Below, in pieces: positions 37,083-50,449 of a DNA stretch of 64,000 bases. Origin of the DNA: Gnetum montanum (taxonomy: Eukaryota; Plantae; Gnetophyta); contig MNCI01002813.1 of assembly GCA_015680685.1 (NCBI GenBank), positions 1,074,048-1,138,047 on the forward strand, read 5' to 3'. Position numbers and translations under genes: made by a program. Within the stretch, counting starts at the first letter, position 1, and each line of letters starts with the position of its first letter. The notes beneath the pieces were generated by a model. The model was given only the letters and a program-made list of their open reading frames with translations, ran no database searches and was not told the DNA's origin.

Positions 37083-37931
37083 TAATAAAACCTTTTACAA
37101 TATCATATCTACAATATTATAGTTAGGATATTGTAGCTAGGTACATCATTGTAGATGCAATTTAGTAGGCCATGGTTAGGCCTATAAATACCAACCCACA
37201 ATTCTGTCAAAAGAACAACTTTTTACCAACCCTTAGTGAAAATCTTACAATTTGTTTTCATAGTTAGAGTTAGAGTGAATGCTCATGGTGTGGTGAATTA
37301 CAGTTGTACAGAATCTTTATTCAAGTGGATTGTTCCCAGACATAATTCATAAATGACAATAAAGATCACCATTGTAGCATTTCACTTAGCATAATTTTAC
37401 TTTTCTATGATGTTTCCTTTTATTTATTCATTTATATTTCCTACATTCTTTAATATTTCAATGTTTATTAGTAAGGTAGAATAAGTACAACTAGGTTTGA
37501 GCGTAAAGTATAATTATTTAGTAATCCAGTAGTGACTTTGCTTGATTCCCTCCATAGTAAAGTTACTTGGTAATTCTGGTAATAGTTACATCAACTTAGG
37601 ACATCTACAGAAAACTAGGAACAAATGCTTATCACCATAGGATAGAATAGATTTACAATTCATTTGTACTTAGAATTAGAATTTATAATCATTTGCATTA
37701 TGTTCACACTTAGGATACTTAAAACCAAGTAACATCAGTTCATCATATACCTTACTAAGAGTTCAACCATATGATTTGCATCTCACTAACTTGAACTAGG
37801 AAGAGAACGATCACAAACTTAACATTAACTTACTAGTATAGTTACATTGTCCATCCATGCATTACAATCTAGTTCTACATGAATACTTGTAACTTTTATG
37901 GTTGAGTGTTGGAATACCCAACTTCTCAGCA
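37083..37931 (+). repeat. E4 5' LTR
   Basis: Aligns with 49695-50449 and with the reverse complement of 53367-54202; TATA near 37183; PBS at 37933. Confidence 0.85.
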
Positions 37932-37999
37932 TTGGCATCGCTGTTAGGGATGTATCAATGTTTACTAGTTAGTTGATTTTACAATGGTCATTGTAACAA

Positions 38000-40900
38000 G
38001 TATCACAAAGTACATATTTCACACTTAGATTAATTTCTTATGAACATACATACTTAAGCATCACATAAACTAAAATAGCTTCTACAACTAAAGAAAAATA
38101 TCCACATGCTATTGATTTGAATGAAAGTTATAACAAACATTACAATGAAGAAGGTTGAAGTGTACAAATGTAATCTAGGATTTCATATGCTCATAATGAT
38201 CCTTATTATCTTAATTTTACATTCATTTTTCAATAGGATAAACAACTCAAATGGAGAGACTTACAAGGAAATATTATCTTACCATATGAACATTTAGCAC
38301 CATCAATGCTTTAAGTAGTCCTCATGAGGTCAACTCTTAGCCATGTGCAAGAAGGATATTAGGTCACTAAAAACATGACCATGCCATATCAGACAATGGA
38401 GGCTCAAGCAAGAAGGGATGCCATCATGGGGACAATCTATGAACATAACACAAGCACCTCAAAAATTTTTCCTAGAAGAAAAAGAAGATGTTATATTTCA
38501 AATTGAGAAATTTTATCAAACTCATAGGTCTTATTCTCAAATACCAATTATCTACATTAAAGATTCCATTAAAATAAAACTACATTCAACTCTTGAAGAA
38601 ACCCCTAGAAGAAAGGAGGATTCTAGACCTAAGAGGAATTTAAGACCTAAGATCTCTAATGAATCTAGAAGAGATGAATCAAGGAGTCATAGAGGGAGAA
38701 CTAGCTAACACTATTCTCCAACACCTCCATCTTCTTCTTTCTTACATTCATCAACAAATTCTGATATGAGTGAACAAATACTAAGGGATCATGATGAGGA
38801 AAGAAGAAAAGACCATGGGAGACATGCATGTAGAAGAAGGCATTCTGCTGAAGAGGAAGATAAACATTATGAAAGGGGAGAAAAAATTAGACATGAGGAA
38901 AGAGAACATCATGAGAATTGAAGGAGTCATCACTATAACAAAGCTTACAAACTCCAAACCCTATTGGACACTTGCAACATGATCAACATTGGAAATGTTG
39001 TGTATATTCATACTAAGCATTTAAGAGATAGTTTCTTCAAGAGACTTGATATGAATCATATTTCAAAATTTTAAGGTGAATATAATGTAGATCCACAATA
39101 GCATCTATAAGCTTTCCACAATGCCTATGCCCTACAAAACACTGAAAATGATTAGCATAAATTGAAATTGTTTTCAAGAATACTCATAAAGGAAGAAGAA
39201 AGCTGGTACAAATCCTTAGAAACAAAATCAATTCGAAGATGAAGTATCATGCTAGAACTCTTTAATGAAAAATATCAAACATACTCTAAAGTGTCAAATT
39301 TGAGAAAATAAATCCAAAAATGGAAATAAGGGATACATGAATCCTTTGATGCAGTAATGGTCAAGTATTACTCTTTATTGCATAGGTTCCTAGGCCATAG
39401 ATTTTCTCAATGAAAACAACTATAACATATCATTCATGGGCTAAGAAAAAAGATAAGAGAAACCCTTAGGATATACGATCAAGATAGATAATCTATTATG
39501 ACAACTCATCAAAACCAAAGATTAATAGAACAAAAAGTGAAAAGGAATGGAGAGCTAAGGAAAAGGGAATTAGCCAAAGAGTATAATAGAGATCCAACAA
39601 TTAGAAAAAGGGACAGAAGGATATATGAATCACAAGAGGAAGAAGCATTAAAGGATATGATCTAGTAGAAGATTCTACCTATCCATAAATTAGTCAATGA
39701 CATTGCAACAAAGATAGAGAAAATATGAAACTCTATAGATGCAAAGTTTGCTAACAATAATGATAGTAGAGACAAGGATCAAACAAGCCTTTAATGAAAT
39801 TAAGGATAAGAATAAGAAATGCAATAATGGGCATGAAAACTACAAGAACAAAGGGAAAGTTGTTGCAGTGGTGGAAGTAATGGACTCAAGTTCAGAAGAT
39901 GATGAAGGGTCGAAGGTCTGCCAATATGAATATCATAAGAGATGTTATCCTATTATGGCCCACTTACAAGAGTCCAAGGCATATGTACTTAATCCAAATT
40001 TTTTCACAAAATAGATGCTTAAATGATTATCTTGTCTGCAAGGTAATTTAAGACAGCCCTACAACTAACTATACTATCAAAGGAAGGCTTATCCTTAATC
40101 ATAGAAACATCACCAATAGTATTAGAAATAACCATAAGCATGGGAAATACCACCATAAAGGAAATAGTATCCATATATATAACCTAATAAATATGAATAC
40201 TTTGTACAACATCTAATTTCTCTCAAAAATATTTCAGTTCATACTTCCTCTCCCTACCATCCAATAGAGTACAACATATCCACTACCTCACACATGGATC
40301 CCAATTCTTACATGTCCAAACCAACACATGTTTCCTCATACCAAGATTCCAATCCATTACTATCAAGACTAGCACTAGTGATGCAAGAAGGACTGCCAAC
40401 AAAACCATAATAAAAGAGTGCTACTAGGATAGTCACCACATAAGAGGACATTATGACAAGTGAACAAGGGTCCAAGGAATTTCCCTTCTTTAGGGAAAGT
40501 CTAGAAAAGTTTTTAAGGATGAGGACTTCATCTAACTTTGCCCCATCTACAAAAAGTCCTCAGGAAGACATTATGCTTCTAACATCAATAGAAAAGAATC
40601 TAACTACTATCATGCTTACACAAACCATTACACATTGGATCAAAGCATGAGCACTTCTTAAGAATTCCCTTAGTCTACCTCCAAATAGTGGAACACAAAC
40701 CATGTAAGGTTATATTAGATTCTAGGTTAGGCATTAATCTATTATGTCAAGACATGTATAAGTCCTAGAATCTCCCTCCGCCAAAGAAAAGAAACATTTA
40801 ATTAAATCTAATGAAGCAGTTGATTACTATACCACTTGAATATGTGATCAATATAATAAGTGGTTAGTCTTATCCTACTAATTTTTTTGTCATACATGTG

Positions 40901-43900
40901 GGGAAGAATAAAGAAGAATTTCCTATCATCATGGAAAGTGCTTGGCTTAGCACTATGGATGCTAAGCTAGAAATTTGAGACTTTTCTTTGGAAATTTCCA
41001 AGGAAGATGAAGTTGGAATCATTTAGAGATGCAGAGTTTCATGTATCACATATACAATTAATGGATGCAATTTTATGCAAAGAATTTGTATAGCAAGATA
41101 CAATGCCAACCTAGCATGTAATAGATGTATTGAAGATGTGTGTATACAACAATGTCTATATGTAGTAGTCACCAGACTAGAAGGCACATAGTGGCTAATC
41201 AAGGAAGAGGAATCTGAGTAAAATATATGCATGGAACTAGTGGAAAAAATTACAAGTGCCTATGTTAAAAAAAACTAATAAACTAAAAGAGATACGAATA
41301 CAACCTCCTTACACTAAGTCAAAATAAGAGGAAAATATTAAATGGGGAAAGTTAGAGATGCCCAAAAGATATGAATTAGAATCACTAGAACTAAATTCCC
41401 TATAAGAAGCACTTGAATATACTTTTCTTAACAACAAGAAATCAATAATTATAAATGCTAATCTTGATAAAGAAAAAAAGAGAAAATTATTGAAAATGAT
41501 AAATAAATAGCTGACCATATTTGCATGGTCCTGTGAAGAAATCATTGAAATTGATTCACACATCTGTTAACATCAAATATACATAGACCTAGTTGTTAAA
41601 TCATGTTGGCAACCTCAATGAAAATTGAACTCCAAATTCAAAGAAGTTATCAAAAAAGTGGGAAATAAGAACCAAGAACTTAGAAGTGGGGTTGAATAAT
41701 TTTCCTAATTTGAATAACCAAGACAACCAAAACCACACAAAAATTTACCTAGTTTCTAAACTTGGGTACATCCACACTCAAAGGGTAGAATTCTCATATA
41801 CCTCTAGAATTTGTCCTTTCAAAAATTTGGGTTAAAGGACACAACAACCTTTACCGAGTTTGAGCTTTACATGAAGTATTTTCTCACAAGAAACACACTT
41901 AACGTTGCATGGTCCCAACAAGCTCAAAATGTGGTTTCAAGGATCCCGTAAGTTTTACAATGACGTGAGCTCTACATACAATGTTTTCTCATTGCAAACA
42001 CACTGAATCCCACAAGGTCCCAATAATCTCACAACAAGCACATCAACCATATAGGGCTTAGAAAGAGAGAAAAAGAATCAAGGAAAGAATGTAACTATTC
42101 TTTACAAGTTCCTTACTTTGAAACTCTCACAATACAAAATACAACTTATAAGAGATAGAAACTTAGAGGACCAATCACATCACAAGATATAATCAATGAA
42201 GAAATAATTCTATTAACAATGTCCATTTCTTTTATAAGGATTCCATTCTATTTTATAGTCTTTTTCTTTTCAAATAGCCCTCGTGATTCATGCAACAACT
42301 AGAAAATAGTTAGTTGGAACTTCTCTTTCAAGCTTCGGATGTCTCACTGAAAACTAGCCACTTGCAGGTGGCATGTCCCACTAGAAATTATGATGTCTTA
42401 CTTGGGACGTCCTAGCTAGAACATCTCAACAACAATTGGGACATTTATTGCTTTTGTGGAATATCAGGCCTAAGATTGAGCTTTTACCTCTAGGACATCT
42501 GTTGATCTATTGGGATGTCTAGGTAGATACTAGAACACCTTCTTTTAACTTTGTGCATCCTTGACATCTTTCATCCTGGTTAAGACTTTTTGTTATCTTA
42601 GATTAGCAATTCATCTCTCATCTTGGTCTCATCTTGCTACTTGTCTTGGCATTAAGAAGCTCTTTTCTCAAACCCTTGTCTTCTAACCATTTAAGCTTTT
42701 GTCTTGATCTTGTCATTTTGTAATCTTCATGATTTTGTCATTTTGTAAGACCATAGGCACATTTTCCACATTCTCAATTTTCTAAGCTTTTAACATACCA
42801 AAATGTCAACAAAAAAGCTACTGAAAGTAGGGTTCATCTACCCAATTGCATATAGTGAATAATATATCTCATTAGTCATTCTTTTCAAGTAAGATAATAA
42901 AATGAGGGTTTGTATTAATTTTTGATTCTTGAACATGGCAACATTAAAAGATCATTTGCCCTTTTCATTTGTTGACCAAGTCCCAGACATTCAGTATTAT
43001 AGCTTCCTGGATGGATACAAAAAATATAATCAAGTCTATGTTGCATTGAAATATAAGGATAAAATAATGTTCACTAGTCTATGGGGAATGTTTGCATACA
43101 AGCAAATGCCCTTTGGCCTATGTAATGTTCCTACTAATTTCAAAATACTTATTATTAACATATTCTAAAAATGGATTGGTAATATAGTTAAAGTATTTAT
43201 GGATGATTTTTCTACATGCAAACTCAACTTAAAATAGGCTTTGAACTGCTTAGAGCAAGTTTTGAAAAGATCTATTGAAACTAGCTTGAAGCTTAATTAA
43301 CAAAAGAGCCACTTAATGGCCCAAGATGGCATAGTTCTAGGATATAAGATATCTTATAAAGGAATAAAGGTATATCCAAGCAAGATCAAAGTTATCTAGA
43401 ACATCATTCAAATGCCACAAATAGTTGAAAAGCTCAAATCATTCCTTGGCCACATAGGATACTATAGGAGATTCATTGAAAATTTCTCAAAGATTGCAAA
43501 ACTACTTGTTAAAATGAGAATGAAAGATGCATCATTTTGGTGGTTAAAACAATGTGAGAAAGCATTTGAGAGACTAAAATAAAAACTAATCGAGAAAACA
43601 ATCCTTCTAGCTCTAAATTTTTCTACACCTTTACACATTATGATAGATTTTTTAAAGTATGCATTGGGGGTAGTGTTGACTCAGCTTGATGATCAAAAAT
43701 GACCATGTTACATACATTACACTAGTCAAAGCATCATCGGGGTACAACCTAATTATACCACCATAAAAAAGAAGCTTATGGATATGGTATATGTACCTAA
43801 AATGTTCAAACATTATGTGCTTGGGGTACCCCATATATGTTCATAATGACCATAGTGCCATCAAGTTTCTAATGAATAAACCAACAGTAAGTCCAAGACT

Positions 43901-45162
43901 AATAAGATGGTTTGTTATCTTACAAGAGTTTTACACCACAATTATTGATAGGAAAGAAACTAAAAATGTTGTAGATGATCACCTATCAAGATTAGAATGT
44001 TAAGAACATAAAGAACCATTGTTGAACCAATTTCTAGATGAAAATTTACCTACAAAGATAATAATGGTTGTAGATTCAGTAGTGAAGTCATGGATAACTA
44101 ATACATAACATATCTAACCACAAAATAACTTTCTATTGAATGGGATAAGAAACAGAAAGAATATTTTCTTCATAGAGTAAAAAGATATATGGAAATCAAT
44201 AGAAATATTTACAAGATATGTGTCAATGGATTGATAAGATGGTATGTTCCAAAAGAAAATCAACAAAGAGTCTTACAAGATGTGCATGAAGGACTATATT
44301 TTGGTCACTATGCAGGATGATGGATAGCACTAAAATTGATGAGGGCATGCTACTTTTGACCTATCATATGTAGGAACATACATTGATTTTCATAATCTTG
44401 TGAGCCATGCTAGAGAGATAGAGCACTAATTGCTAGAAATGAAGTATCACAATAATCGATAAAAGCATTGGAATCCTTTGATAGTTGGGGAATTAACTTT
44501 ATGAGGCCCATGACACCAATGTGAAATAAAAAATATTAAATTATAGTTACTATTGATTACTCCAGTAAGTGGGTAGAAGCAGCTGTAGTTAAAAATTACA
44601 TGACCATAATAACTACAAAGTTCATTCAACAACATGTGGTGAATAGATTTGGAGTACCACGTATGTTAATATCAAACAATGGACTCATTTCAGTGGAGCT
44701 CTATTCAAGAACCTAATGCAAAAAATTGGGTTTAACCATAAATTAACTACACCATATCACATCCAAGAGAATGGTCAAGCTAAAGTAACTAATAGATAAA
44801 TTACAAGAATATTAACAAGAATTGATAGTCAATATAGAAAGGATAGGAGTACTAAACTTAATCATGCTCTATGGCCATATTGATAACATGAAAACTTCCT
44901 ATAGGATATTCACCATACGAATTAGTTTATGGAAAATTATCAACTCTACCAATCTTAGTAGAGTTAAACATCCTTTCAACTGCTAGCATACTTAACCTAA
45001 ACTTAGAATTAAATTAAAAAGAAGATTAATAAATCTCAGTCTCTCAGATGAAAATTTGTTAATAGCTTAAATAAGTAACAAAATCCATAGTAAATATCCA
45101 AACATAGACATGATGTCAAAATTAAACAAGTGTCCATCAAGCCTAAAGATAAGGTCCTTTAT
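38000..45162 (+). pseudogene. gag-pol: E4 gag-pol (gag, PR, RT, RH, IN), split by a SIRE-like LTR and cut by E5
   Basis: Gag core near 39050-39450; CQYEYHKRCYP; ILDSRLGINL near 40712; KDHLP..MPFGLCN..FMDDF; HNDHSAIKFL; integrase core 44480-44900. Confidence 0.92.
41659..42811 (-). mobile_element. SIRE/Maximus-like Ty1/copia solo LTR inserted in the E4 RT region
   Basis: Minus strand starts TGTTGACATTTTGG and ends with an ATTCAACCCCACTTCTA motif then CA. TATA near 42255 with upstream GGACGTCC-like repeats. Flanked by AAAAAG; RT sequence resumes at about 42818. Confidence 0.8.
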
Positions 45163-46040
45163 TGATGAATCGCGGTTTGCCAGGCCCTGATATTAGATAC
45201 TCAATATCAGGTATGTGATATCATAGCCTGGATAATGATATCAAATACACAATATCATGATTCCTGTGCTGGACTATAAATATAGCACTTAAGCACACAA
45301 GAAAGAGTCAGTTGATAAGTTGTAGGGTTGAGTCTTTTTGTTAGTTTTCAGTTAGTTTTCGGTTCTTTCCCAAGTGCATGCTTGCAGTGTGAGGTTTGTA
45401 ATTGTACAAAACCTTTGTTTGAGTATGACATACTTAGACACACACACAATTGACAATAAAGATCGAGATTACTCCATCATTGTAACATTCACTTAGTTCT
45501 TAATTATTTAATTATTAATTATTATTTATTTTTTCTTAGCTAATATTTCTTTACTATCGTTTATTATCCATGTTGTTAATGCGGAATGAGTACGTCTTAA
45601 TCAAGAACATTTAACTATAACTACTTGGTAACCCAGTAGCATATCTACCCCAGTAGCATATCTACTAGTGCTCAAGTAATATGCACTTGGTAACCACATA
45701 AGTAGTACACGAGGTCTAAGATGCATGTAGATGATTAAGGAAAAATGCTCATCGCACTTAGGCTAGTTTAGATATTACTGCATATTGCTTATTAGCTTAA
45801 TCAAGATTATTTCTCATTGTCTCTAGGAGTAGCCTAGTGTTAGAAATCACATCATACACCTCACTCTGAACTAAACCATACATGACAAAACTAATGCTAC
45901 TCTAGGTGGGAAGATAGTGAACTGCGATCAACATATAACTATCTAGGTAGCACAACTATTCTATCTACAAATTTTGACCGAATTACATGTATACGCTTGT
46001 ATTCATATGGTTGAGTGTAGGGGTACCTAATCACTCATCA
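45163..46040 (+). repeat. E5 5' LTR
   Basis: TGATGAAT...ACTCATCA; GATATC array 45188-45260; TATA near 45275; PBS follows. Confidence 0.88.
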
Positions 46041-46173
46041 TTAGCACTGTTGCCAGTGATGGTGCCAGTTATCTAGATTACTTATATCATACAAGATTTT
46101 TGTAATGAAGTATTAATAATAAATATTTTAGAAAAGAAATTTACTTCAATTAAATCACACATAATTCACACCA

Positions 46174-48497
46174 ATGTCTCTCTCTCAAGACAATGATAAC
46201 GCAACATCTAGTGAAGTAATCCATTGGAGAATCAACAAAATTTATGACAACAAAGAAGTCTGGAGTACTCAATCTTATGCAAGAGTTTCATATGTTCATG
46301 GACATCCCAACGATATTCAAGGACTCTTGTCATCCAACTCACACACCTTTAGTGAGGATGGTACATCCCATGGAACGAGTAGGCCCATAAGGCCTATGAC
46401 CTTTCAATGGTTAGGAAGAGTTTATCTAGGGATGATTGGAAGACTTACAAAAGTCATGATGAGTCTTCCAATTCTTTCTCTTCCATTGCTTCTTCAACGT
46501 CAGGTCATGACATGGATGACCATCTCTCAAGGGATCGACATAGAAATAAAAATCAAACCTATGGGCAAATTCAGGAACGCCAACATAAACAAAGACAACA
46601 TCATCCCAACTCAAAAACTCATAACCTACTTAGTGACGATGAACCCTTGCTAGCCATTAAGTTCCTAATGCATATACAAGAGGCTATTCAAATATCCTGT
46701 AGGCATCATAAGGAAATTTTTCTACCTAGGCTTGATTTAAATAACTTTTCCAAGTTTCTAGGGGGCTATGATTTAGATCCGCAACATCATTTACAAGCCT
46801 TCTATGATGCTTGTGCATGGAACAACATTGATAATGGGTGGCAAGGACTTAAGCTCTTTCCTATGACACTCGTTAGCTAGGCAAAAGTATGGTATAGGTC
46901 TTTAAAATCCAAATCAATTCATCGTTGGCTAACAATGGTAGAACTCTTCAACAAACGATATCAAACCTATGCAAGAGTGTTAGCCTTAAGGAGACAAATC
47001 CAAGAGTGGAAACAAGGGCAACATGAACCCTTAGACATGGCCTTAGAACGAGATTACTCATTGTTAAATAACTTCTTAGGCCATGGGTTCTCTGAGGAAA
47101 GGCTAATGTATCACATCATGGATGGGCTCCATAATGAAACAAGGGAGACCCTAGGGATGTATGCCCTAGGTCAACTATATGAACTATGAACCCACCAATT
47201 CCAAGAGCTTATTAAGTGGGTAGCAAAAGAAGAAGGAGAAATAGCCAAATGGGAGAATGTTGAAAGATCTCAACAAGACCAAAATCTTAAAATAACAAAG
47301 GTCCATGAAGAGGAGAAATCAACTCACCTCAAGGAGGTGGAATCATCTTTCCCAGTACTACAATCACTAGATGAAATTGAGGCAAAGATCAATAAGATGA
47401 TGGAATGGGTATATGAAAACTGTGGAGAATATGCAAATATTATCAAAGGTAGAACTACGCACGATCACTCTAACAACCAAAACAAATAGAGGATTCCAAA
47501 CTTAGAAATAGGATACAACATCATTCGTCAATCAAAAAGGAGGGTTGAAGAAAATAAGAATCAAAGCTCAACTAAAAATCATAAGTATCAATGTGATGTT
47601 TGTTTATACGATCACCCTAAAATTCAATGCCCAGTATTGTCACATTGACATGAGCATTAGGAAGGAATGTTACATCTAGATTTCATACAGAAGTACCATG
47701 TCCAACCATGGTGGCAAAACCCCTAGTTGTGGGAAAGGCCGCCACCAAACAAACCATACCCTTCATATACCTTGACACCAACTGCTTATTATGTTCAACA
47801 CCCAGTTTCCCCAACTAGATCGACATTCTCTGTTTCACCTCATCATTATCATTCTCCCAAGTACTATTAATCCATGTGCTCGCTTGTGGGATCACGACAT
47901 CATATTCCTTATGCTCCTCCTTGCCCTCAATATTCTCATCCTTCACCTCCTTCTAAATCACCACCACTTGTGCCAAAAGGCTTTGCACCATAGCACCAAC
48001 CCACAAACATTACTTGTGCCGCTATTGTCAACAGTAGTGAAAGTCCTCCACAATGACAAAAGAATCCTTTCTTTAATCATGACCATAGAAAGAGATAACA
48101 TGGTTCTAAAACCACTACACCCCCTAACTCAGCACAAGGCTAGCACTATAATGCATCTTCCTCTTTGAACTCAATGTCTCTTATTACCCTTTCGGGGCCA
48201 TCAATTAATGCTCCAACAACCATGCGACCCAATGGATATAGCCATGTGGGAAGACATATCAATCCTTGCATACCATCTTATTGTCATGGGTTCCATAGTG
48301 GGTTAGCCTCTTATCACATGACCACATCTTATAATCTACCCCACTATACCTACTTTAATCAAGCGTGTGAACCCCACTTTGGGTACATTCCTATCACCAC
48401 ACCAAAAGACACCCAGTGGTTTGGATATGACGGGATCCCAATGTTCCTAACATGCATGGATCTAAATTTTCCATTTGTTAATTCTAACCATGCTTAA
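46174..48497 (+). pseudogene. gag: E5 gag with long Pro/His-rich tail
   Basis: DPQHHLQAFYDACA..LKLFPMTL; ELFNKRYQ; CDVCLYDHPKIQCP near 47592. Confidence 0.85.
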
Positions 48498-49289
48498 ATG
48501 TTTAGTCCTAGGGGACACCCCACATTCTAATAGGCAAAATTAGTAAATGTTTTTTCTTTTCTTTAATTTTACAATTTTTTGTTTTCTAGTTTTTCAATTT
48601 CCAATTTTTCATTTTTACCTTTTTGAGGGTAGTCTCGTCAGTGAATAAAATACTCATGTGACTTTTTAGTTGAGGAGTTGTTTTATGCTATCAAGTCTCA
48701 GGTGACTAATTATTTGGACATTGAGCCACAACATCCACCCACCTGTGCTATTAATAAGAGGTTCTACTCTGGGTACAATGATATCCTTGTCATCAATAAA
48801 ACTTAAAGTAACTTTATACTCATCATGCCAAGGGCAAAAAATAATGGACTAAGAGGGAATGGCTAGTGTGTGACATCAAGGTGACTTGTGGATTCTCTTT
48901 GGTGACATATGTATGTGCTATCATGTGGCTTGGTTGTACTGAAATTCTTGTAGATCTAACAAAAAATGGGAGTAAGAGTTGTAATAAAGGCACCAATTAA
49001 AGAAACTTAATGTTGTTCTATAAGGTTCCACTAGAAAGATATGCACCCATGCCTGAAGTTTGGTAGCTTCTCTGGATCACCATTGGAAATGATAAAGTGT
49101 CAAAGTGACCAAGTGAAGAAAAAGAAAAGAAAGAAGGAAAAATAACAAAAAAATAATCAAGAAGATTGTGATGTAGAAAAATTCTAAAGAACTCCTCCCT
49201 TATACAAAATGCCAAGTGATTGTACACCTTGTTGTCATGATGCTTTTATGGTTGTCTATCATTGGATGAAATGATGCGATGTCTCTAAA

Positions 49290-49692
49290 ATGCATTCAGG
49301 AGATTCGAAAAGGTCCACGTCAACTGCAATGATCGTGGAACTCAACTTTGGACCTTTTACCAAATTTTCCCCTGAGTCAATCAAAGATCAACTTAAAGGA
49401 TCTTCACTGTGGTCTATTCTTTCAGAGAGTGGCAAATGGTACTTGGGGGAGACGTATGAATTTTGGCATAATAAGGAAGAAGGTACCACCACTGATATTG
49501 GTGGGATTTTAGTCAATTTCTCTACTAAGGCCATTTTGGAAGTTCTAAACCTTCCGAATACAGGGCCTAAGGTTGCTCACATGTCTACTCACTCTGATGC
49601 TAATGCATGGAAAATATGGTTAAAAAGGGCATATGGCAAAGAAGATAAAACATATGGGGAGCTCACACTTAAAGAAAGAATCTATTTCAAAA
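49290..49692 (+). pseudogene. Accessory ORF fragment (uninterrupted N-terminal part of the Transposase_32-like domain)
   Basis: ELNFGPF..GKWYLGETYEFWHN..VNFSTKAILEVLNLP..WLKRAYG; matches E1, E2 and E6 copies; fused to an LTR at its TATA box. Confidence 0.75.
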
Positions 49693-49694
49693 CA

Positions 49695-50449
49695 CCTCTA
49701 AATACAAACCCACCATTATGTTTAAAAAATTAGTTTTTTCCAACCCTTAGCAAAATTCTTACAATTTGCTTTTGTAATTCAAAGCTAGAGTGAATGCCTA
49801 TAGTATGGTAAATTACAACTATACAGAATCTTTATTCAAGTTGATTGTTCCTGGATACAATTCATGAATGACAATAAAGATTTAGATTGTTCTTCATCAT
49901 TGAAGCATTTCACTTAGCATAATTTTTATTTTTGATGATGTTTACTTTTATTTAGTCATTTATATTTTCTAAGTCCTTTAATATTCCAATGTTGATTAGT
50001 AAGATGAAATAACTATGGCTGGTTTCAAGCATAAAGTGTGACTATTTCAAACCCAATAGTGACTTTTCTCGATTTGCTCAGTAGTAAAGTTACTTGGTAA
50101 TCACAATAATAGCTACATCAACCCATAATACGTATGAAAAACTAGGAATGGATGCTTATCGCCATAGGATAGAATATATTTACATTTCCATCATACTTAG
50201 AATTAGAATTTATAATCATTTTCATCATGTTCACACTTAGGACACTTAAATCTAAACAACTTCAATTCATCATAGATCTCAATAAGTGTTAAACTATATG
50301 AATTACACCTCATTAACTCTAAGTGGAAAGACAATGATCATAAACTTAACTAACTCTAATTACACTATCCATCTACAAATTATGATCTAGTTGTGCATGA
50401 ATACTTGTGACTTGTATGGTTGATTGTTGGAATACCCAACTACTCATTA
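49695..50449 (+). repeat. E4 3' LTR, U3 start missing
   Basis: Aligns with 37181-37931. Confidence 0.88.

Larger units (their letters stand above)
45163..49692 (+). mobile_element. E5: pol-less (non-autonomous) Athila-like element nested in the E4 integrase tail; 3' end deleted
   Basis: LTR + PBS + gag ending at 48497, followed directly by spacer and an accessory ORF fragment. No PR/RT/IN motifs. Confidence 0.75.
37083..50449 (+). mobile_element. E4: Athila-like LTR element with two nested insertions and an internal deletion
   Basis: 5' LTR 37083-37931, PBS, gag-pol, and a homologous 5'-truncated LTR 49695-50449. AATAT flanks both ends (37078-37082 and 50450-50454). Confidence 0.8.
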
